This document shows positions 21,837 through 29,819 of a stretch of DNA of 64,000 nt, piece by piece. The notes under the pieces were generated by a model. That model saw only the letters and a list, made by a program, of their open reading frames with translations. It searched no databases and was not told where the DNA came from. The stretch's first letter is position 1. The number at the start of each line of letters is the position of its first letter. The DNA comes from Alphaproteobacteria bacterium (GTDB lineage Bacteria > Pseudomonadota > Alphaproteobacteria > Bin95). The translations under genes were made by a program, and so were the position numbers. The stretch lies in assembly GCA_963665325.3 (NCBI GenBank), contig OZ224045.1, positions 1,952,001-2,016,000 of the forward strand. The letters run 5' to 3'.

Positions 21837-23942
21837 ATGAACGAAAACGGAGTGATCCGGATGAGACGGACGGGAACGGCGCTTCTGGCGCTCGCATTTG
21901 CGGGGATCGCGTCGGGCGCTATGGCCCAGACGGGCGATCCGGACCGGACGCGCCAGCAGGAGGCGCTGGCGCATGCGGTGGCGATCCAGAATGCCTGGGC
22001 CAGCGTGGAGGCGCGCATCCGGGTGACGGACGCCGCGAATCTCTGGGAAGATGAGTGGACCGGGCTCGCCGCTCCTCCTTCCGGGTCCTGGTGGCTTTCG
22101 TCCTGGACGGAGCGGGGCCTGACGGCGCGCTACTGCGAGGGGGTGCTGGCGGTCTATGCGGCACAGGACGATCTGAAGGGCCTGGGCCGGGGCCACAGGG
22201 AGGTCCAGGTTGCGCCCGTACTTCATGGCGGCGGCCGGACGGGCCTGCATGTGATCCTGGCGAACACGCGCATCGCGCGGGGCGCGCATGGACGCGACGA
22301 CACGGCGCTGCCCGCCTGTATGGGCATTCCCTCGACGGGGGAGGACCGTGTAGGCCTTGTGGGTCTGGTCGCCGACCCGGTCCGCACGGTGACGGGCATA
22401 CGTTGGGAGACGGAGACGCGGGACGTCGCCTGTCCGGGCTCGCCGGCGGACACCTTCCGCGAGGCGCGGCAGGTTCCGATCCAGGTGACGGCGCTGACGA
22501 ACTGTCCGGTGGCAACGCCGGAGTGCAACGATCTCTCGGAGACGGCGCCGTCCGCGCCGCATCTCTGGCCGCGCGACTGCGCGCTCCGGGCGGGCCTGGG
22601 CTCTCGGGCTGCCTGCACCGACTGGCGTCATGCCGAGGGACTCTGTCCGTTCCAGTATGCGCAGGCGCCGCCGCCCACGCCGATCCCGGACCCGGTGATC
22701 GCCTGGAGGACAGCGCCGGTCCACAGAACCACGGGCTCCTGCAGCTGCCCTGCCGGCGAGACGGGGACCTGCACGCTGCATTACGAGCAGAACACGGAAT
22801 ACCGGGACTTCCAGGTGCGGCCGGGGGCTCCGGTCGTGACGACCCGGCGCATCGCCCGGGTGAACGGCGCCAGGCGGCTGGTGCGCACGGTCGAGAACTG
22901 CGCCCCGCCTCCGCCGCAAACATGCCCGGCCGGCCAGGTGGGGACGCCGCCGAACTGCACGACGCCTCCGCCGGGTCAGACATGTCCGGCCGGCCAGGTG
23001 GGAACGCCGCCCAACTGCACCACACCTCCGCCAGGTCAGACATGCCCGGCGGGCCAGACAGGGACGCCGCCCAACTGCACGACGCCTCCACCGGGCCAGA
23101 CATGTCCGGCAGGCCAGGTGGGAACGCCGCCCAACTGCACGACGCCTCCGCCGGGTCAGACATGCCCGGCGGGCCAGACAGGAACGCCACCCAACTGTAC
23201 GCCGCCTCCCAAGGACCCGCCTCGCAAGCCGGACGAGTGTGAGGATAGCAGCTGCGGCGAGGGCGGCGACGAGGGGGACAGTGATGACGACGGGGGGAAC
23301 ACCTCCACATCGAGTACCAGCGATCATCCGGGGCTGGATGACAACACCGGCGTCAGCTTCGGAACCGGGACGGATGCCGAGACCGAAGCCGAGGATAACG
23401 CCGACAACGGCGGCGGCGAGGGAGGCGGCGGCAAGCCGATCATTCTGGATCTGGACGGCGATGGCGTGGAACTGGTGCCGCTTGAGGAGTCGACAGCGTT
23501 CTTCGACATCAACGGCGACGGCTACCGGGAGCGCATGGCCTGGGCGTCCTCCGATGACGGGTTCCTCGCCTACGACAAGGACGGCGACGGGCGCATAGTG
23601 GCGCATGACGAGCTCTCATTCGTCTCCTATGTCGAGGGCGCGCGCACGGACCTCGAAGGTCTCCGCCATTTCGACACGGACCGCGACGGACAGCTCGATC
23701 CCGACGATGCCGAGTGGGCCATGTTCCGCGTCTGGCAGGACCTCGACCAGGACGGCGAAAGCGATCCGGGCGAGCTGCGGAGCCTCGACGAGGCGGGCAT
23801 CGAGTCGATCTCGCTCACCAGCGACGGGATCAGGCGCACGGTCGCCGGCAACACCGTCTTCGGCGAGGGCGAATATGTCGGTCCGCATGGCCCGAGAGCT
23901 TTCTGGGACGCGGCGCTCGGGCGCGGGGAGCGCAAGGAATGA
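21837..23942 (+). CDS. secreted Cys/Pro-repeat protein with C-terminal FrpC-type self-processing-module-like Ca-binding domain
   Basis: signal peptide ..ASGAMAQ; TCPAGQxGTPPNC repeats; acidic linker; PIILDLDGDG..FDINGDG..W.S.DDGFL..D.DGDG.I..RVWQDLDQDG.S.PGELRSLDEAGI. Confidence 0.75.
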   Translation: MNENGVIRMRRTGTALLALAFAGIASGAMAQTGDPDRTRQQEALAHAVAIQNAWASVEARIRVTDAANLWEDEWTGLAAPPSGSWWLSSWTERGLTARYCEGVLAVYAAQDDLKGLGRGHREVQVAPVLHGGGRTGLHVILANTRIARGAHGRDDTALPACMGIPSTGEDRVGLVGLVADPVRTVTGIRWETETRDVACPGSPADTFREARQVPIQVTALTNCPVATPECNDLSETAPSAPHLWPRDCALRAGLGSRAACTDWRHAEGLCPFQYAQAPPPTPIPDPVIAWRTAPVHRTTGSCSCPAGETGTCTLHYEQNTEYRDFQVRPGAPVVTTRRIARVNGARRLVRTVENCAPPPPQTCPAGQVGTPPNCTTPPPGQTCPAGQVGTPPNCTTPPPGQTCPAGQTGTPPNCTTPPPGQTCPAGQVGTPPNCTTPPPGQTCPAGQTGTPPNCTPPPKDPPRKPDECEDSSCGEGGDEGDSDDDGGNTSTSSTSDHPGLDDNTGVSFGTGTDAETEAEDNADNGGGEGGGGKPIILDLDGDGVELVPLEESTAFFDINGDGYRERMAWASSDDGFLAYDKDGDGRIVAHDELSFVSYVEGARTDLEGLRHFDTDRDGQLDPDDAEWAMFRVWQDLDQDGESDPGELRSLDEAGIESISLTSDGIRRTVAGNTVFGEGEYVGPHGPRAFWDAALGRGERKE
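22920..23210 (+). repeat. 60-bp tandem repeat, about 4.8 units, encoding TCPAGQ(V/T)GTPPNCTTPPPGQ
   Basis: units start at 22920, 22980, 23040, 23100, 23160 and differ mostly at synonymous sites. Confidence 0.95.
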
Positions 23943-24448
23943 GCGCGTTGCCGGCTACCGCTGCAAGAGCGCAGGAAAGCGTCGCACCGTATTCGGGTGT
24001 GACCGTTCGGGTCACGCGCACCGCGGAAGACATCGCGGCGCGGGTGGCTTTGGCCCGGCGTGCGTTTGAAGAGCTGAACGACGGCCTGCCCTATGACGAG
24101 GACATGGTCCGGCGGACCTTCGAGTGGAGGCTGAAAAGGCCGGATCGTTGCCTGCTGCAGGCCGAACTGGACGGCAGGGTCATCGGAGGGGCGGCGGGCG
24201 CGATCGCCGCTCACTACCACTCGCCTGCGCTCGGAGCCACGCTTGAGGGTTACTACGTGCTGCCCGAGCACCGCGGCTCGCTGGCGGCGGTCAAGCTGCT
24301 GCACGGCTTCCGGCGCTGGGCCCGGACGAACGGGGCCGTCCGCATGTATGTGGGCGTGAACTCCGGAATCGACATTGCGCGCACGGACCGGTTCCTGAAG
24401 CGCCTGGGTTTCCGGATGACGGGCGGCAACTACAGGCTCGCGCTATGA
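23939..24448 (+). CDS. GNAT N-acetyltransferase
   Basis: YYVLPEHRGS acetyl-CoA motif, RFLKRLGF; ATGA overlap. Confidence 0.85.
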   Translation: MSALPATAARAQESVAPYSGVTVRVTRTAEDIAARVALARRAFEELNDGLPYDEDMVRRTFEWRLKRPDRCLLQAELDGRVIGGAAGAIAAHYHSPALGATLEGYYVLPEHRGSLAAVKLLHGFRRWARTNGAVRMYVGVNSGIDIARTDRFLKRLGFRMTGGNYRLAL

Positions 24449-25428
24449 GCGCCCCAGCGGCAAGGACCGAAGTGTGGCGTCCGGAACGTACCACGGTCGG
24501 GCGGAAGAGCGGGATGACCGGCCCGGGACGTCATTCCGCCGTCCGCAGCTTCGCGCCCGAAGATAACCCGTTCGAGACGGTGATGGCGGACATCACCCAT
24601 CGCTGCAACATGGCCTGCGCCAATTGCTATCTGCCGAACCGGGACGTTCCCGACATGGATATGGGTCGGCTGGAGGAATGCCTCGCTGCCCTGCCGTGGC
24701 GGGTCAATCTGAGGCTCATCGGTGCTGAGCCAACCATGCGCCGGGATCTGCCCGAGATCGTCGCCATGGTACGGCATCTGGGGCATCGGCCCGTTCTTGT
24801 GACGAACGGGCTGCGGCTGGCCCGGGACAGTTATGTCCGGACGCTCAGGGAGGCGGGACTGCGCCATGTCGTGGTTTCGTTGAACGGCGCCGACAATGAC
24901 GACTGGTACGAGGCGATCGACAACATGCGCTGCGCGGCGAAGAAGTTGCGGGCGGTCGGGAATGCGGTCGCCCACGGCATGATCGTCAATACAGGGACGA
25001 TCCTGGTCAGGCGCGTGAACGAGGCCGCGGTAGGCCGCATGTACAGGTTCATGGCGGGCCTCGGCCCCCGGCACGCCGTGCTGCGGTTCAAGAATGTCGG
25101 CGCGCTCGGCCGCTACGACGCGGTGTCCGAGGCCGTGAACCTGAGCATGGTGGAAATGGAGGCGCTGTCCGCCGGCGCCATCGGCGTCGATGCCGCCGCT
25201 CTTTCCGCGTGGAACATCATCAAGGGGGAAAGGGCGCCGGACAGCCGCCTGTTCCCGGCGGACCTGGCGGCGCGGTCGGGTCGGGGCCTCTGGTTCAAGC
25301 TGACCGACTGGCAAGCCAATGCACAGGGGTGTCTCGATCCCGACCTGCGTCGGCGCGGGCGGATTACCGGAGAATTCAGGATCGCCCCGTTCTTCGATCA
25401 CGTGAAAGCCAATGAGGGCGGATATTGA
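24445..25428 (+). CDS. radical SAM protein (MoaA/PqqE-like core, no obvious SPASM domain)
   Basis: HRCNMACANCY CxxxCxxC, GAEPT, LVTNG, VSLNG. Confidence 0.88.
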   Translation: MSAPAARTEVWRPERTTVGRKSGMTGPGRHSAVRSFAPEDNPFETVMADITHRCNMACANCYLPNRDVPDMDMGRLEECLAALPWRVNLRLIGAEPTMRRDLPEIVAMVRHLGHRPVLVTNGLRLARDSYVRTLREAGLRHVVVSLNGADNDDWYEAIDNMRCAAKKLRAVGNAVAHGMIVNTGTILVRRVNEAAVGRMYRFMAGLGPRHAVLRFKNVGALGRYDAVSEAVNLSMVEMEALSAGAIGVDAAALSAWNIIKGERAPDSRLFPADLAARSGRGLWFKLTDWQANAQGCLDPDLRRRGRITGEFRIAPFFDHVKANEGGY

Positions 25429-26711
25429 AAATGTCGGGGAGAGTGGCGATGAAGATCGCAAGGAACCTGTCCTGTTTGGCTGCCGGGTTCCTGCTGGCGT
25501 CCTGCGTGACGCATAGCGCGGATGGATCCGGGGATATTCCGCAGCAGGGCAACTACAGGCCCTACGACGGTTTGTTCTTCGAGAACCTGCTCTCCGACCG
25601 GGTCTGGATCTTTCATAAGCCGGCTCGCCGTACTTATCGCAACGTACCGCATTTCATGGTCTTCCGAAGCGATGGTCAGCGCCTGAGATGCACTGGGCGG
25701 TGGATGACTCGTTACAAGCTGGACTGGACCGGAGACGAGTTGGCGCGCTGGTCTGTTCAAGGAAAGGGCCTGGGAGCAGTTGTGCGATATGACTACGAGA
25801 AGAAGAAACCTACCTACGGGTATTTCTTCTACGATCCGGCAACCGGCTCGCTGGCCGTTGATGTCTTGCGCAGCAATGCGGATTGGAGACGTGCCTGGAC
25901 ACGCGGGGCTACCGGCTGGGTCCAAGACAGCATGCCCCGCTCCCTGGCCGACGCCTGTCCCGGCCTCGACCTGCCTGCCGGGATGCGGATCAACGAGAAG
26001 CAGACCTCGCACAGGCTTGACGAGCTGCGCCTCCAGGACCCGGACGCGCCGATCCGCAACTTCCCGGGCTCGCATCTGACGGCACCGGGCCGCACGGGCC
26101 TCGGCGCCTCGGGCGGCAGGCCGACGACGACGAAGGCGGAGGTCGAAGCGTTCCTCGAAGCCCAGCAGGGCAACGTGTTGATCAGCACAAAACGGATCGG
26201 CGTCACCTATGTGCGCGCCGGGGATCGTGAGGAGCTCTGGCGGATCGGGGCGGAGTACCATATGGCCGAAGGCTTCTGGGACTTCGTCCGCACCACGGAC
26301 GAAGCCGGCGAGTGGATCGAGGTCCATGACGGCCCGAGGGTCAGGCGCCGCTACCCGATCGGCTACCCGTTCCCCTATCTGCCCACTGGCCACCGTCATC
26401 CGGCGTTCCAGCTGACGGACGAGTTCCTGGCGCGCCCCTATCCGCGCGAGTTGCCGTTCATGGGCGAGGCCTATGCGGACAAGCGTTTCGTGTTCCACCC
26501 GAAGGGCAAGGTCTCGGTGGTGGACGAGGCCGGGAACCTGGTCGAGGGCCCGCATTTCGCCGGGACCTGGGCGTGGACGAAGGGCAATCTGGAAATGACG
26601 GTCAGGAACGACCCGGCCGGTCCGAAGCGTGTCCACTGGCGCATATTGGCGGCCGAACTCGGGATGAAGCCCGTGATGTGGACGAAGCACACGCCGGACA
26701 AGATCGACTGA
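25425..26711 (+). CDS. putative lipoprotein of unknown function
   Basis: LLASC lipobox after a hydrophobic stretch; start overlaps the rSAM stop. Confidence 0.65.
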   Translation: MKMSGRVAMKIARNLSCLAAGFLLASCVTHSADGSGDIPQQGNYRPYDGLFFENLLSDRVWIFHKPARRTYRNVPHFMVFRSDGQRLRCTGRWMTRYKLDWTGDELARWSVQGKGLGAVVRYDYEKKKPTYGYFFYDPATGSLAVDVLRSNADWRRAWTRGATGWVQDSMPRSLADACPGLDLPAGMRINEKQTSHRLDELRLQDPDAPIRNFPGSHLTAPGRTGLGASGGRPTTTKAEVEAFLEAQQGNVLISTKRIGVTYVRAGDREELWRIGAEYHMAEGFWDFVRTTDEAGEWIEVHDGPRVRRRYPIGYPFPYLPTGHRHPAFQLTDEFLARPYPRELPFMGEAYADKRFVFHPKGKVSVVDEAGNLVEGPHFAGTWAWTKGNLEMTVRNDPAGPKRVHWRILAAELGMKPVMWTKHTPDKID

Positions 26712-26750
26712 GGCTTGCCGGACGATGTCGCGCGTTTTCTCTGATCTGCC

Positions 26751-26781
26751 CTTCGCGGTGCCGGTTTCCGGCGGGCCGGCC
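26751..26781. repeat. 31-bp direct repeat, copy A (copy B at 28418-28448)
   Basis: CTTCGCGGTGCCGGTTTCCGGCGGGCCGGCC vs CTTCGCGGTCCCGGTTTCCGCCGGGCCGGCC, 29/31 identical. Confidence 0.85.
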
Positions 26782-26790
26782 CTACCCGGT

Positions 26791-26979
26791 CTATCCGATC
26801 CGCTTGAGCAGTTCAGCCTTGAGCCTCGCGAGGCCGGATTCGAACTCCTGTCGGTTGAGGGGCGCGCGGGTCTCGGCGACGAGTCTGGGCTGTTCCACGA
26901 CGGCGCGGGCTTGTTTCCGGTCCATGCCGGCTTCCACGAGCGCGTCGAAGGCGGTCAGAGTGTCGAAGCCGATTGCCAT
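26791..26979 (-). CDS. short DUF1640-like protein (no TM tail)
   Basis: MAIGFDTLTAFDALVEAGMDRKQARAVV; promoter TTGACC-18-AACAAT lies 6 nt before the ATG. Confidence 0.65.
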   Translation of the reverse strand: MAIGFDTLTAFDALVEAGMDRKQARAVVEQPRLVAETRAPLNRQEFESGLARLKAELLKRIG

Positions 26980-27036
26980 GGTCGTATTGTTTCTTTCGGG
27001 CGCGCGTCAGGTCAAGGCGCGAAGCCCGCTGCCCTG

Positions 27037-27735
27037 TCAGATCGCGGTGCCGGGCGTATCGGGCTGCCTCCGGAGGCGTTCGACGATCAGGGTGTCGAGG
27101 TCATCCAGCCGGCCATCGACGGCAAGTTCCACGGCTTCGAGGACGAAGGTCGGGTCGGCGGGCGGAAGCACGGCCGAGGCGGTCATCGCCTCCGGTCCGT
27201 CGGGAGCCTGGAGGTTCAGCATGGTGGCTTCGCGCGTGTTGCCCGAGACGTCGATTCTCCACATCTCGGGAACGCCCAGGCGGCGGTAGAAGAGCGGTTT
27301 GGTGGCGTCGCCGCGGCTGCGCTCGACCTCGATGACGAGATCGAGCGGCGTGAGGCGTTCGAAGGCGTCGAGTTCCGCCTCGCCCTTTTGGCGGGCGCGG
27401 GCCCGGCGTTCGGCGTTTTCGCCCAGATAGTAGCAGGCGTCGGGTTCGGCGCCGGTGTTCTCGGGATCGTCGGAGTGCCGCCATCTTGTGGCTCCGAGCG
27501 CGACGGCGCGCATGCCGGCATGTCTTGCGGTGTGGTGGACGGCCTGTCCGGCGCCCCAGGCGTGGGTTTCGTGGCGGGAGGACGGCGTCATCAGGGCGAT
27601 GAGGCCGGTGGCGGGGTCGATGAAGACGCGCCGGGCGATGCTGTTCCAGTCGAGCTTTGCGAGGCGGGGAATGTCGTCCGGGAAGAACCGGTAGGTCGTG
27701 TATTGCGACCCCATGCTGCCGGTGCTGCGTTCCAT
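27037..27735 (-). CDS. Uma2/DUF820 PD-(D/E)xK endonuclease-like protein
   Basis: MTPSSRHE, GAEPDACYY, DLVIEVE, K..FYRRLGVPEMWRID; AGGAG RBS. Confidence 0.88.
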   Translation of the reverse strand: MERSTGSMGSQYTTYRFFPDDIPRLAKLDWNSIARRVFIDPATGLIALMTPSSRHETHAWGAGQAVHHTARHAGMRAVALGATRWRHSDDPENTGAEPDACYYLGENAERRARARQKGEAELDAFERLTPLDLVIEVERSRGDATKPLFYRRLGVPEMWRIDVSGNTREATMLNLQAPDGPEAMTASAVLPPADPTFVLEAVELAVDGRLDDLDTLIVERLRRQPDTPGTAI

Positions 27736-27812
27736 GGCGAGGCTCCTGCGGTTCGCACCCAGCATATCACAGGGCAGGCGCCGGCGATGTCAGCCTCGCC
27801 GGTTGCGCCCGG

Positions 27813-27986
27813 TCAGGGGATCAGCATGACCGCGGCGACGAGGAGAGCATTGACGGCGACCATGAAGCCGATGAGGCGCCATGTCAGCCGGGTCTCCAGC
27901 GTCGCCAGGTCCGCCTTCAACTCACCGACAGCCACATTGAGTTCATGGTGTGTGACGGGTTCGCCGGCATCGGACCCGGCCTGCAT
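27813..27986 (-). CDS. DUF1640-like fragment or small TM protein
   Basis: EPVTHHEL..LKADLATLETRLTWRLIGFMVAVNALLVAAV. Confidence 0.55.
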   Translation of the reverse strand: MQAGSDAGEPVTHHELNVAVGELKADLATLETRLTWRLIGFMVAVNALLVAAVMLIP

Positions 27987-28002
27987 TGGCGCGGCGCTGG
28001 CG

Positions 28003-28323
28003 CTATTTGAGCAGCTGGAGCAGGGCGACAATCACGCCGCCCTGCGCGATCAGCCCTCCGAGCATCCATTTGAGCAGGTCGGACTTCACGGTCTCGATCC
28101 GCTTGTCGACCTTCGCGATCTCTGTCTTGAGCCCGGCCTCGACCTTCGCGATATCGGCCTTGAGTGCGGCCTCGACCCTGGCGATATCGGCCTTGGTTGC
28201 GAGATTGGCGTTGAGCAGGGCGACCTGCTCGTCGGCGAGGGTCTCGGCCTGCCTTTCGGTGAAGCCGCTCTCGGTCAGTCGCTTGACGTAGCGGTGAGTG
28301 TCGAACGCGATGGCTTCGGACAT
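28003..28323 (-). CDS. DUF1640/CCDC90-family protein
   Basis: FDTHRYVKRLTESGFTERQAETL..LATKADI..LLKWMLG, canonical form. Confidence 0.88.
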   Translation of the reverse strand: MSEAIAFDTHRYVKRLTESGFTERQAETLADEQVALLNANLATKADIARVEAALKADIAKVEAGLKTEIAKVDKRIETVKSDLLKWMLGGLIAQGGVIVALLQLLK

Positions 28324-28329
28324 GCCGCA

Positions 28330-28358
28330 ATCATAGGAATGTCTGCGTCGCGGGACAA
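28330..28358 (-). promoter_or_regulatory. sigma70-like promoter TTGTCC-17-TATGAT, 6 nt before the ATG (leaderless mRNA)
   Basis: minus strand reads TTGTCC CGCGACGCAGACATTCC TATGAT TGCGGC ATG; no RBS. Confidence 0.6.
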
Positions 28359-28417
28359 GGACGCCAACCGAGCGGCGTGGGTCTCGTGAGAATGCCGGTC
28401 CTGTTCCGTCGCTCTCT

Positions 28418-28448
28418 CTTCGCGGTCCCGGTTTCCGCCGGGCCGGCC
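28418..28448. repeat. 31-bp direct repeat, copy B
   Basis: see 26751-26781; both copies lie just 3' of a DUF1640-like gene. Confidence 0.85.
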
Positions 28449-28456
28449 TCGGCCGC

Positions 28457-28882
28457 TCAGTCCAGGTATCGGAGCGCGGCGGCTGCGATGGCGAGGATTG
28501 CCGCGAGGGCGGCGAACAGCCCCAAAGCGAGGCGTGCGATGCGTCTTCGGTGCCGGGCGAGGTCCTGTGCGATGCGGTATTCGACGGCGTCGAGATGGCG
28601 CCGGACAGCGTCCGTTTGCCTGCGGTCGGCCGCTTCGATCCGTTCGAGGATGTTTTCCTCGGCGTCCTCAATGTGCTTGTCGGTGCGCCTCCCGGTTCCG
28701 TCGATGGCCTGGATGAGCTCGTCGCGGAAGCTTCCGGTCGGGCTTGCGAGCCGTTTCAGGAGCGGCGGCGGACTGGCGCGGGCGCGCACGCGCAGGGCAG
28801 CGTCCCTGGCTTCTTCCGGTTCCATTCCGGCGTCTTCCAGCGCCTTGGCGATGGTGGGCAGATCGAGGGGAGGTTTTGCCAC
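28457..28882 (-). CDS. DUF1640-like coiled-coil protein with C-terminal TM helix (paralog of 21366-21779)
   Basis: LDLPTIAKALEDAGMEPEEARDA..LFAALAAILAIAAAALRYLD. Confidence 0.6.
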   Translation of the reverse strand: MAKPPLDLPTIAKALEDAGMEPEEARDAALRVRARASPPPLLKRLASPTGSFRDELIQAIDGTGRRTDKHIEDAEENILERIEAADRRQTDAVRRHLDAVEYRIAQDLARHRRRIARLALGLFAALAAILAIAAAALRYLD

Positions 28883-29819
28883 GGGTGGAGCCTGCCCGTT
28901 TCCGGGGCGTGCGGCAAATGCGGCCTTCGGGGCTGGTATCCGTCTCGGGCTCCTGCCGCTGGCGCTCGCGCTTTCGGTGGCGGTGCTGTTGTTCGGCGAA
29001 GCCTCGGCGCAGGGCACCGGAGGACCGGCGCCGTCCGGCACGGGCGACGTTCTTCAACCAACACCGGCGGCGGCGGATATTGTGGCCGTTCCGTCCGCTG
29101 CCGGCGCGTCGGGGCGGCGTGCGGGCGGTGCGGCTGGGGCCGCGGCCGGTCTGTCGGGGCGGCAGTCCGATCCTCCCGCTGCCGCCCCGGCTTCTCCTTC
29201 CGGGCCTCCGGTTATCGCATACGAGCCTGCGGTGCTTCGCGTGTTCGAGTGTCCGCGCGAGGCGATCGCGCGGATGCTGTCGAGCGCGGTGAACGAGGGG
29301 CAGTTCAGCGAGGCTCTGGAGCTGGAGCGCGAGGTTCTGGTGCTGTGCCGGGACCGCCAGACGATCCTGAAGGAGCTTGTGGGCTCGGAGATCGAGCTTG
29401 CGGCGGCGCTGAACAAGTCTGCGGTGGCGAGGGCCGAGGAAGCTTTGAAGCTGGAGACGGCGCGCCGCGAGGCGGATGCGCGGGTACGCGGGGCGCATGC
29501 GGCGATGCTGGAGGCGGCGCGGGCGGAGATCGTGCGCGAGCAGCAGGCGAAGGCGGCTGCCGAGACGGCCAGGACGGCTCCGAAGGAGAAGGCGCCTCCT
29601 CCCGAGCCGCCCCGCGCCTATGGCTGGTTCGCGGTGATGGGGTCGGGCGAGGCGCTGCGCGCAGCGGTGACGGACGGCGAGAACGTCTGGCGGGTGGAGG
29701 CGGGCGACCGGTTGCCGGGCGGCGTGAAGGTGGTTTCGGTCGAGGCTCGTCCTCCGGGCGTGCGCGTGAAGGGCTGGACGAGCGGGCGCCTGCCCTACCG
29801 GTCGAGGTCCGGGCGATGA
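28851..29819 (+). CDS. type IVb pilus protein, PilP-like (start uncertain)
   Basis: signal-like segment, coiled coil, C-terminal VMGSGEALRA..VEAGDRLPGGVKVVSV; lies between pilO and pilQ. Confidence 0.6.
   Translation: MVGRSRGGFATGGACPFPGRAANAAFGAGIRLGLLPLALALSVAVLLFGEASAQGTGGPAPSGTGDVLQPTPAAADIVAVPSAAGASGRRAGGAAGAAAGLSGRQSDPPAAAPASPSGPPVIAYEPAVLRVFECPREAIARMLSSAVNEGQFSEALELEREVLVLCRDRQTILKELVGSEIELAAALNKSAVARAEEALKLETARREADARVRGAHAAMLEAARAEIVREQQAKAAAETARTAPKEKAPPPEPPRAYGWFAVMGSGEALRAAVTDGENVWRVEAGDRLPGGVKVVSVEARPPGVRVKGWTSGRLPYRSRSGR

Noticed and set aside
22920-23210. Regular 60-bp periodicity as a possible CRISPR array
   Set aside because: No unique spacers, variation is mostly synonymous within an ORF, and no cas genes are present
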